Shown here one piece after another: positions 1 to 8,518 of a stretch of DNA of 64,000 nt (positions are counted from its first letter, which is position 1; every line of letters starts with the position of its first letter). The stretch covers positions 466,284 through 530,283 of the forward strand of contig CAVVYO010000006.1 of assembly GCA_963752515.1 (NCBI GenBank), written 5' to 3'. This stretch comes from Candidatus Glassbacteria bacterium. Lineage in GTDB: Bacteria > Gemmatimonadota > Glassbacteria > GWA2-58-10. Below the pieces are notes generated by a model. That model saw only the letters and a program-made list of their open reading frames with translations. It did not search any database and had not been told where the DNA came from. The position numbers and the translations under genes were made by a program.

Positions 1-2293
1 GTTGCCATAGGCCATGGCCGTAATCCCGCAGGAGCCCAGGTCCGGCGACTACCACTTCGGCCCCGGCCAGTTCTTCCAGCAGCAGCACCACTGTCTGCCC
101 CAGTGCCGGGTCATTGCAGCGGGCAAACAGGTCCGGAACAGCGCCAGTTTCGGCGCGCCGGGAACCGTGTTCCGGGAAGAAGCGGGTTTTCTGTACGGCT
201 GAACCGGGGAAGGCGGCGGCGGCGGTCCAGCCCGGTGGTCCATTCCATCAGCCAGCGCGCAGAGGCGGATTAGCGGCCGCCGGCGTTAGCCAGCGGGGCG
301 AATGCGCTCGTCAGCCGGCAGGTTGGTCGGCCTCGGCAGGAAAAGATCGGATCGAACCCAGCCCGTTGGGCCCGGCATAACGGACTTTGGCCTCCAGCAT
401 CAGTTTCGGGATGTCCACCGCGGAGGGACACTCCACCGCGCACATCCCGCAGCCGATGCAGTAGTCGTAGATTTCTTTCCAGGCGCTCTCCCAGCGCCCC
501 GGCTTCATCCGACCCGTCCATAGAGCAGGTTGCGAGCACGGAGGCCTTGGCCCGCGGGCTGGCCGCCTCCAGGCCGGTGGCCTTGAACACCGGGCACATC
601 GAGTACGCTCGGGGACTGCGGCAGTTCCCGCAGCCGTTGCAGCGTTCGATCGCCTCGGAGTAGGGCTGCTCCGCCCTAGTTGAAGCCGCAAGGTTGGGAT
701 TCGGTGGCATGATAGGGATTGCCGAAACGGAGGTTGCGGCGAGATCACGCCTCATCGCGTGCTCGATTTCTTGCCCGGGTTGAGCATCCCTTGCGGGTCG
801 AAGCAGGCGCTTGATCTCCAGGAACAGCGGCTAGGTGCGCGGGCGCATCCGCCTGATGAACGGTCCCCGCACCAACCCCTCGCCGTGCTCGCCGCTGAGA
901 GAGTTCCGCCCAGCTCGCCCACCAGCTCGCAGACCTCGCGGGCGATCCGCTCCATCAGCTCCACATCCCGCCCTTTGCGCAGGTTGAGGTAGGGCCGGAT
1001 GTGCAGCTCGCCCCCGCCGGCATGGCCGTAGAACGCCGCCTGGACCCCGTGGCGCGTGAACACCCCGGCCATCCGGGTGACATACTCGGTGAGCCGGGCC
1101 ACCGGCACCGCCGCATCCTCGATGAACGGCACCGGCTGCTCGGGACCGGGGCGCTTGAACAGCAGCGGCACCCCGGCCTTGCGCAGCTCCCAGATCCGGG
1201 CTTCCTCGGCCCGGTCGGCGGTGGCCAGGCTGCCGAACGCCGGGCCTCCCCTGCCCGCCAGCTCGCCCCGCGCCGCCTCCAGCCGCCCCTCCAGCTCGGA
1301 CAGGTCCTCCCCGGCGAACTCCACCAGCAGGCAGGACTGGGCATCCTCCGGCAGCAGGCGGTCATAGTCGTGCGAGCTCTTCCGGGCCAGCTCGATCATC
1401 AGCCGGTCGATCATCTCCACCGCGGCGGGGCCGTGCGCCAGGAGCGGGATCACCGCCTCGGTGGCCCGCTCCACCCGGTCGAACATCAGCAGCAGCACCC
1501 GCCGGTGGCTCGGCCGCGGGACAGTCGCCAGCCGCATCCGGCCGATCAGGGCCAGGGTGCCCTCGCTCCCGGCGATCAGCCGCTGGGGGTGAAACCGGCC
1601 ATCTTTCAGCAGGTCAAGCTGGTAGCCGCTGCGGTCGCGGTCGGTGGCCGGGCGGTCGGCGGCGATCGCTTCCCGGTTGGCGGCGAGCAGCCCCGGCAAC
1701 TGTCGGAACAGCTCGCCCTCGATCCCCCCGGCGCGGGCCCGGCAGTCCAGCTCTCCCACCGGCACGCTCTCCAGGGCGCCGATGGTCCCATCGGCGTAGA
1801 CCACCTCCAGCGACAGCAGGTGATGGCGCATGTGGCCGTAGCGGATCGAGTGCGCCCCGGTGGCATCGTTGGCCACCATCCCGCCGAGCGTGGCGCGGCC
1901 GCCGCTGGAGGGATCGGGCCCGATCATCCTTCCATAACGGGCCAGTTCCCGGTTGACCCGGTCCAGCACCGCCCCGGGCTGGAGGGTGACCGTGGCCCCC
2001 TCTTCCTCCACGCCCTCGATCCGGTGCATGAACCGGCTGAACTCGACAATCAGGCCGGCGCCGAGCGCCTCCCCGGCGATCCCGCTGCCGGCCCCGCGCG
2101 CAATCAGGGTCAGGCCCTCCCCGGCCGCGATCGAGGCGATCCGCGCCAGGTCGTCCTGGTCCCGGGGGAACAGCACCCCCGCCGGCAGGATTTCGTAAAT
2201 GCTGGCATCGGAGGCATACAGCACCCGGGTCGGCAGGTCGAAACAGGCCGCGCCGGCCAGCTCTCCCCGGAACAGTTTTTCCAGTCGCTCCAT
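1..2293 (-). pseudogene. FAD-linked oxidase (GlcD-like) fused to a 4Fe-4S/CCG Fe-S domain (GlcF/LldE-like). The 3' end runs off the window and the C-terminal part is frame-disrupted.
   Basis: ORF 752..2293 has an FAD_binding_4-type N-terminus (GAGSGIAG, ATLGGMVANDATG) and HAGGGELHIRP. Near nt 800-900 the expected ..LSGEHGEGLVRGPF.. and ..FDPQGMLNPGKK.. lie in different frames, with an in-frame TAG between them. ORFs 270..755 and 311..748 carry CNGCGNC and CIGCGMCAVECP cluster motifs. The minus strand of nt 1-200 reads ..VVLLLEELAGAEVVV..GITAMAYGN (CCG-type domain). Confidence 0.8.
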
Positions 2294-2359
2294 CGCTTGC
2301 TCGATCCTGGCTGGGGGTCTCGCTCCCTGAAACGTTTATTATGGTTTACCAAATTCACG

Positions 2360-2389
2360 TTGACAAGATTTTGTATTTGTGTTTTAACT
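2360..2389 (+). promoter_or_regulatory. Putative sigma70-type promoter for the HD-GYP gene
   Basis: TTGACA (2360-2365), 18 nt spacer, TTAACT (2384-2389). It sits in the only AT-rich stretch of the 2294-2486 divergent intergenic region. Consensus match only. Confidence 0.4.
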
Positions 2390-2486
2390 TTGTATCCGGT
2401 ATTTTTGCTCCCACCCGCGGCGCGCGCCGCGGAGGAGAACAGCCGGGGGGGAACGCAGGCACGGAACCACGGTCAGGGGACAGCCG

Positions 2487-3581
2487 ATGACAGAGCACTC
2501 CAGGGACAAGCAGCCGAAAAGTTTCCTCGACGGTCTGGAAAAAGAGGAGTACATCCAGGTCAACCGCGAGGCCGACCCGCACCAACTGGCCCGTTTCGAC
2601 CTTCACAAGCGGATCACCCACCAGGGCAAACACCTCTACGTGCTGTTCCACAAGGGCGGCAACCCGCCGGCCCGGGAGATCCCCGGCGCGGTCTATGTCC
2701 GCTCGACCGTGCTGGACGAGCTGATCCGTCTGGTGCCCGACGCCCGGGCGCTGGAGACCGCCAGGGAGGACTCCGAGCGGGAAAGCCTCGAGAACAACAT
2801 CTTCTACCTGCTGCTGCGCGGCCAGTTCCAGCAGGCGATCCTGGACAGCAACGAGTTCAACCTGCAGAAAAAGATCGAGCTGACAGTCGGCTGCGCCAAC
2901 GAGGTAATGCGCAAAGTGTTCGATGGCCGCCAGTTCGACCGCGACAACCTCGAACTGGTGATGCGGGTCGGCGACACGATCTGCTACCTGATCGAGCTGA
3001 TCTTCCAGGACAACAAGGCGCTGAACATGCTCCTCGGCGAGATCATCGGCGAGGATTATCGCCTTTACTCCCACTGCGTGGGCGTGAGCCTCTACTCCGG
3101 GCTGCTGTTCCTGGAGCTGGGCAATGGCTCGCTGCACAACCACGACAGCGAGGACCTCAAGCAACTGGTGGCCGGCAGCCTCTTGCACGATGTCGGCAAG
3201 ACCCTGATCGACCCCCGGATCATCGACAAGGTCAGCCCCTTGAGCGCCAAGGAGTTCGAGGAGATCAAGCGCCACCCGGTCTACGGGATCAAGCTGGTGG
3301 AGAAAGAGGAACTGTCGGAGACCATCCTGGACATCATCGCCCAGCACCACGAGAAGTGGACCGGCGGCGGCTATCCGGCCGGCCTCAGCTACCAGCAGAT
3401 CAACGGGATCGCCCGCATCGCCTCGATCGGGGACGTGTTCGACGCCCTGACCACCCGCAAGCCCTACCGCCCCTCCCTCAAGCCGTTCGAGGCCCTGCTG
3501 CTGATGAAGCAGCAGATGATCGGCAAGTTCTACCACCCCTACCTGAACGCCTTCATCAAGTTCCTGGGAAGGGGCGCCTGA
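2487..3581 (+). CDS. HD-GYP domain protein (probable c-di-GMP phosphodiesterase/receptor)
   Basis: Intact 364-aa ORF. Motifs: HDVGK, HP..G, and HHEKWTGGGYPAGL (HHExxDGxGYP-type HD-GYP signature). Confidence 0.9.
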   Translation: MTEHSRDKQPKSFLDGLEKEEYIQVNREADPHQLARFDLHKRITHQGKHLYVLFHKGGNPPAREIPGAVYVRSTVLDELIRLVPDARALETAREDSERESLENNIFYLLLRGQFQQAILDSNEFNLQKKIELTVGCANEVMRKVFDGRQFDRDNLELVMRVGDTICYLIELIFQDNKALNMLLGEIIGEDYRLYSHCVGVSLYSGLLFLELGNGSLHNHDSEDLKQLVAGSLLHDVGKTLIDPRIIDKVSPLSAKEFEEIKRHPVYGIKLVEKEELSETILDIIAQHHEKWTGGGYPAGLSYQQINGIARIASIGDVFDALTTRKPYRPSLKPFEALLLMKQQMIGKFYHPYLNAFIKFLGRGA

Positions 3582-3592
3582 GGCTGCCTCGG

Positions 3593-3621
3593 TTGACCGT
3601 CGGCCCGGGCCCGATTATAAT
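3593..3621 (+). promoter_or_regulatory. Near-consensus sigma70-type promoter
   Basis: TTGACC (3593-3598), exactly 17 nt spacer, TATAAT (3616-3621). It lies directly after the HD-GYP stop and ~105 nt upstream of the small ORF at 3726. The predicted leader contains an 8-bp hairpin, GCGCACAG-cgtac-CTGTGCGC. Confidence 0.5.
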
Positions 3622-3725
3622 AATTAAAGAAACGCGGGATTGTTTCGATCTAGAATAGTAGCGTCCTTCGGCGCACAGCGTACCTGTGCGCCCGCAACCC
3701 TGTCCCCAGCGCGCCGCCCGGACCC

Positions 3726-3962
3726 ATGACCGACCTGCTGGCCAACCTGCTCACCATGATCTCAACCTCCCGGGGCTTCTACGCCTTCGTGGGAGCGATC
3801 GCCCTGGCCTATGTCGCGGTCTGGTTCCTGTTCCTGATCGAACCGGGAACTGTCTCCAAACCGCAGCGCGCCGCCTCGCCGCCGCAGGCCGAGCCCGCCA
3901 GGAGCGGCAAGGAAAAGAAAGCCGCCGCCCAGAAACGGGAAAAAGCCACGAGCAAAGCCTGA
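3726..3962 (+). CDS. Small (78 aa) single-pass membrane protein with a Lys/Ala-rich tail; hypothetical
   Basis: ATG start and one clear hydrophobic helix (FYAFVGAIALAYVAVWFLFLI), with a strong promoter upstream. No family recognised. Confidence 0.45.
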   Translation: MTDLLANLLTMISTSRGFYAFVGAIALAYVAVWFLFLIEPGTVSKPQRAASPPQAEPARSGKEKKAAAQKREKATSKA

Positions 3963-4004
3963 AGCCCTCCTCCCGCAGTCATCTCCCTGTACTGAATTCC
4001 TAGC

Positions 4005-4431
4005 GGGTGTGATGAACTCCGGGGTCGGGGATTTAGGCTGTGCGGCCGGCAAAGACACACACCCCGGCCCGCCTGCGGCGGGCCACCCCTCTGGTAGAGG
4101 GGATCGAAACCGCTATCGCTCAAGCGCTTAGCTCAAAGCTCCGGCCAAAGCCGGACCAAATCCCCCTTAGAAAAGGGGGACACAGGGGGTTGTGTTTTTC
4201 CTGATTCCCGAGCCGGTCGCTCTGAGTTTATAACACGCTCTATGCTGTGCGTCCGGCAAAGGCACACACCCCGGCCCGCCTGCGGCGGGCCACCCCTCTG
4301 GTAGAGGGGATCGAAACCGCTATCGCTCAAGCGCTTAGCTCAAAACTCCGTCCGAAGCCGGACCAATCCCCCTTACCAAAGGGGGACACCGGGGGTGGTG
4401 TTCTTTCCCACTCCTGAGTGCATCACACCCT
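4005..4431. mobile_element. MITE-like non-coding element containing two tandem ~140-nt multi-hairpin modules
   Basis: Terminal inverted repeats CGGGTGTGATGAACTC (4005-4020) and reverse complement of 4416-4431 (AGGGTGTGATGCACTC) match at 14/16. CTAG flanks both sides (4001-4004 and 4432-4435). Internal modules at ~4055-4196 and ~4263-4401 are near-identical. No credible ORF. Confidence 0.6.
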
Positions 4432-5700
4432 CTAGTCCTCCACCTGCACCAAGCCCGGATAGAGCGGGAACCGGCGGCAAAGCTCCGCCACCTCGCCGCG
4501 CACCCGGTCCCGGACCGCCTGGTCGCCGGGATGCTCCAGCACCCGGGCGATCAGCGCCGCGATGGTCTCCATTTCGCCCGGATCCATCCCGCGGGTGGTC
4601 AGCGCCGGGGTGCCGATCCGGATGCCCGCTGGTGACAAACGGGCTGCGGGTTTCGAACGGGACGGTGTTCTTGTTCACCGTGATCCCGCAATGCTCCAGC
4701 GCCGCCTCTGCCTCTTTGCCGGTGAGCCCCTTGCTCGGTCAGATCCACCAGCATCAGATGAGTGTCGGTGCCGCCCGAGACCAGCTTGAACCCGTATCCG
4801 ATCAGGCGCCTCGGCCAGCCGCTTGCGCATTATCGACCACCCGGCGCTGCGTAGACCTTGAATCCTCGTCCAGGGCCTCGCTGGAAGCCACGGCCTTGGC
4901 CGCGATAACATGCATCAGCGGGCCGCCCTGGATGCCCGGGAAGATCAGCTTGTCGAGCTTCTTGCCGAACTCTTCGTCGCAGAGGATCATCCCGCCGCGC
5001 GGCCCGCGCAGGGTCTTGTGGGTGGTGGTGGTGACCGCGTGGGCATGGGGCACCGGGCGTGGGATGCAGGCCGGCGGCGACCAGGCCGGCCGGGTGCGCC
5101 ATATCCACCACCATGTACGCTCCCACGCTGTCGGCGATCTGGCGGATACGGGCGAAATCGATAATCCGGGGATAGGCGCTGGCCCCGCCGACGATCAGCT
5201 TGGGGTGGTGCTCGCGCGGCCAGGCGCTGCCAGCTCGTCGTAGTCGATGCGGCCGGTTTCCTGGCCCACCCCGTAGGGCACCACCTTGAACAGCGTGCCG
5301 CTGAAATTGACCGGGCTGCCGTGGGTCAGGTGCCCGCCGTGGGACAGGTCCATCCCGAGGATCGTGTCGCCCGGGCTGAAGCAGCGCCAAGTAGGCCGCC
5401 ATATTCGCCTGGCGAGCCGGAGTGCGGCTGGACATTGGCGTGGGCGCAGCCGAACAGTTCGCAGGCCCGCGCGCGGGCCAGGTTCTCGGCCATGGTCGAC
5501 AAACTCGCAGCCGCCGTAGTAGCGCTTGCCCGGGATAGCCCTCGGCGTACTTGTTGGTCAGCACCGAGCCCGCGGCCTCGAGCACCGCCCGGCTGACAAA
5601 GTTCTCCGAGGCGATCATCTCCAGTTTGTCGCCTGGCGCATGGTCTCTTTGCGGACTAACTGGTAGATGTTCGGGGTCGGCTATCGCGCAGGTGTTCCAT
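4432..5700 (-). pseudogene. glyA: Serine hydroxymethyltransferase, multiply frameshifted in this sequence
   Basis: SHMT segments are spread over three frames: [141 protein letters not shown]. The likely start MEHLRD.. is at 5700. Confidence 0.9.
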
Positions 5701-5771
5701 CCTGCTCCGCCACTGTTGCTTGAATAAAGGTCTGTTGGCCGCTGGGCCGGATTTGTTCGCCCGTGGCGTTT

Positions 5772-6219
5772 CTAACCCGGAATCTTATCGATCCGGCGCT
5801 GGTGACGGCCGCCCTCGAATTCCGTATTGAGCCAGCGCTTGAGGATCGTCCGGGCTATTTCCGGCTCCAGCAGCCGTCCTCCCAGGGCCAGGATATTGCT
5901 GTCGTTATGGCGGCGGCTGATCTCGGCCAGATAGACATTCGGTCGCCGACCGCCGCCCGGATGCCGGAGAACCTGTTGGCCGAGATCGAAATCCCGATCC
6001 CGGTGCCGCAGACCACGACTCCCCGCTCCGCTCACCCGGGCAGACCAAATCCGCCACCCGCGCCGCATAATCCGGATAATCGGCACGATTGGGCATCGTG
6101 GTGCCCAGGTCTTCCGGCTCGTAGCCCAGTTCCCGCAGGAATTCCACAACTCCTGCTTGAGCTCGAACCCGCATGGTCGCTTCCGACGGTATTTTCTCCT
6201 CCATCGTTCGTCCCATCAA
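5772..6219 (-). pseudogene. rpiB: Ribose-5-phosphate isomerase B, frameshifted
   Basis: The C-terminus ..[45 protein letters not shown] is typical RpiB. At the N-terminus, restoring one T in GGGTTCGAG (plus strand ~6166) gives ..[24 protein letters not shown]... Confidence 0.85.
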
Positions 6220-6348
6220 TCAGACTATTCGGTTTCAGCATCCATAACGCTGAAACATCATTTCGGGCCACTCGAGAAATTAAAGTTTTCCGGCAAATCC
6301 CATGTACGGCGGCTTGTCCGCAGGCAGGGGCCGGATGAATACAAGCGC

Positions 6349-8233
6349 TCACTTCTCGTCCAGCAGGCTCTCCATCTGGTCCAGCAGGCTGTCCATCAGT
6401 GCGGGCCACCGGACAATCGGCTCGGGGCCGGTCATATCCACTCCGGCTCCGGCGCAAGATCGATCGAGTAGTCGCTGCTGCCGCTTTTCAGGAACTGAAT
6501 GTAATTCTCAGGCGCCCCGGCTTCGTTCTTCAAGCATCGCTCGACTGAGCAGCGCCCCGCGGCCGGAACCCGTGGCATACTGGTAGACATAGAAATTGTT
6601 GTAGAAATGGGGATCCGGCCCCAGTTGATCTCGTAGATCTCATCGACCACCAGTTCCGGACCGAAATATTTCTGGTACAGCTCACGGGTGAGCTTTTTCA
6701 GGTCGTCCGGGGTGAGCGGCTGGCCGGCCTCCGAGCGGGCGATGTATCTCCCGCTCGAACTCGGCGAACAGCGGACTGGACGTAAACGGTGCCCTGGATC
6801 TGGCGCACGTAGTGGTCGAGCAGGGCTGAGCTTCTTGTTGCTTGTCGGTGGTGGCTTTGAGCAGGTGGTCCATCAACAGGGCCTCATTGGTGGTGGAGGC
6901 CACCTCGGCCACAAAGATCGTGTAGTCGCCATAGACAGGCGGCTGGGTGCTCCAGGTGAAGTAGCAGTGCAGGGCGTGGCCCATCTCGTGGGCCACCGTA
7001 AACACCTCGTGCAGGGTCTGTTGTAGTTGAGCAGGATGTAGGGATGTGTGCCGTAGCTGCCCCAGGAATAGCCGCCGCTGCGTTTGCCCCGGTTCTCGTA
7101 GACATCGACCCAGCCGCCGCCGAAACCCGCGCATGGAGGCCTGACATAATCCGGTCCCATGAGGTTCAAGGCCCTCGGCACCAGCTCCACCGCCCGGTCG
7201 TACTCGTATTCCTCGGTCATCTCCGGGAACAGCGGGGTGTAGAGGTCGTAAGGATGGACCTCTTCCATCCCCATCACCCGCTTGCGCAGGCGACATAACG
7301 GTGCATCGGGGCGAGGTTGCGTTGACTGTCCCGACCACGTTGTCATAGACCGCGGCCGGGATATTGTCGCCATCGAGGGCGGACTGCAGGGAGGTATCGT
7401 AATTGCGGGCCTTGGCGTAAAATATGTCGCGCTTGACGATCGCGGCCAGCAGCGAGGATAGGGTGTTCGAGTACTTGTTGTAGGTGTGTAGAAGGCCTCG
7501 AAGGCGCGCTTGCGCAGAGCCCGGTCGCCGCTTTCGATAGAACTTGGCTGTAGCGGGCTTTGGTCAGCTCGACCTCTTCCCCTCCTGTCCTGAATCAGGG
7601 ATAGCGTCATGTCGGCATTGTCGAGCATGCTGAAAATGGTGCTCGGATGCGGGTGACCTCGCGGCCATCGCCAGCAGCTTTTCCATCTCCGGACTGAGAT
7701 GTGCGCCTTGCTGCGGATAATGTCCTCGACCCGGTGCCGGTAGAGCGTCAGGCCCTGGTGCTTCCAGCCAGCCGCGCAGGCTGCTCTTCGGGGATCTGCA
7801 GGATCTCCGGCACCATCCAGGCCGTGGCGGCCGACAGGTCGGTCGAGAGGCTGGAGGCGCGGTCGGCCAGGGCCTGAAAGGTGTCATTGGCGGTGTCCTC
7901 ATCCCGCTTCATGTTCGAGTAGACATAGAGCTTGCCCAGGGTCACCCCCAGCGAGTCCTCCAGCCGCAGCAGGGCCAGCAGCCGGTCCGCCGATCCGGCC
8001 AGGCTGCCGCGGTAGCTTTCCAGCTCCGGGATCGCGCCCTTGATCTTGCGGAAATCCGCCTCCCACGCATCCACGTTCGGATAGATGTCCTCGAGGTTCC
8101 ACTTGTACCTGGGGTCGATCCCGCTTCGTTCCGCTGCCTTTTTCACATCCGCCCCCATCAGGTTGCCGTTGAAAGAAGCCAGTATTGCCAGCAGTGAGGC
8201 GACCGCCAGTGGCCGAGACAATCCCTTTCCCAT
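6349..8233 (-). pseudogene. pepF: M3B oligoendopeptidase F-like peptidase with N-terminal signal peptide, multiply frameshifted
   Basis: Fragments lie in several frames. They include the signal peptide MGKGLSRPLAVASLLAILA, ..GWVDVYENRGKRSGGYSWGSYGTHPYILLNYN.., the zinc motif VAHEMGHALH, and the C-terminus ..GVDMTGPEPIVRWPALMDSLLDQMESLLDEK ending at 6349. Confidence 0.85.
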
Positions 8234-8447
8234 CGTGTCCCCTTTCGAGTCGAAAGACCGGGTGAAATAAAGCGAGCCGCCAACCGGACCGTGTCCAGCG
8301 TCCTGACCGCCGAAAGTCTCGGGCAGGGCAGAAAAGTGGAACATCGAAGCGGCTTGACAGCTAATATTCTCCAGCGGCCGGACACCGCCGGGCAGGCGAT
8401 TGACTGCCGCCCGCCGGTCGAACGAATAATAACTGCGCCGACCTTTG

Positions 8448-8476
8448 TTGACAAGTATCTCGTGAACCGGTAAATT
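8448..8476 (+). promoter_or_regulatory. Putative sigma70-type promoter
   Basis: TTGACA (8448-8453), 17 nt spacer, TAAATT (8471-8476), 43 nt upstream of the ATG at 8519. Confidence 0.5.
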
Positions 8477-8518
8477 TGCCGGGTTCCGATCCGCCACCAA
8501 ATTCAGCCGTTAGCGGGC

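Noticed and set aside
1001-3658. Very long ORFs antisense to or overlapping the called genes. Examples: 1001..3658(+), 10271..11701(+), 15187..16776(+), 18734..20326(+), 35535..36665(-), 38611..40659(+), 41069..42667(-), 44380..46317(+), 48792..50432(+), 50575..52365(-), 53332..54636(-), 55148..57607(+), 58357..59571(-).
   Set aside because: Their translations are Arg/Pro/Gly/Ala-rich low-complexity strings with no family motifs. The opposite strand carries clear domain signatures. Such shadow ORFs are expected in ~70% GC DNA, where stop codons are rare.
3809-4330. Duplicated small ORFs inside repeats. Examples: MSDSGFDPLYQRGGPPQAGRGVCLCR.. (3809..4123 and 4133..4330, minus strand), the ..LLLLVTEVEKSxGF.. 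ORFs at 13733 and 21233, and the FVTKRxKSL ORF at 21745.
   Set aside because: Their conservation simply mirrors DNA repeat identity in all frames. The sequences are hairpin-derived and lack start-site context. Copies differ by frame-breaking indels elsewhere.
4049-4401. Possible CRISPR array, suggested by the tandem repeated units at 4.05-4.40 kb and the ~102-bp tandem units at 13.63-13.81 and 21.13-21.31 kb.
   Set aside because: There are only two copies per locus. The repeat units are 100-200 bp and not 25-40 bp. There is no repeat-spacer alternation, no cas genes and no leader. They fit a MITE/REP-type repeat better.
4432-5700. Treating glyA, rpiB, pepF, carB and the hydroxylase genes as genuinely decayed pseudogenes or as programmed frameshift sites.
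   Set aside because: All segments retain clean family-typical sequence, and frames leave and return repeatedly. Several events sit in homopolymer runs, and the genes are normally essential. No slippery-heptamer/pseudoknot pattern recurs at the breaks. Consensus error is the simpler explanation, but it needs read-level confirmation.
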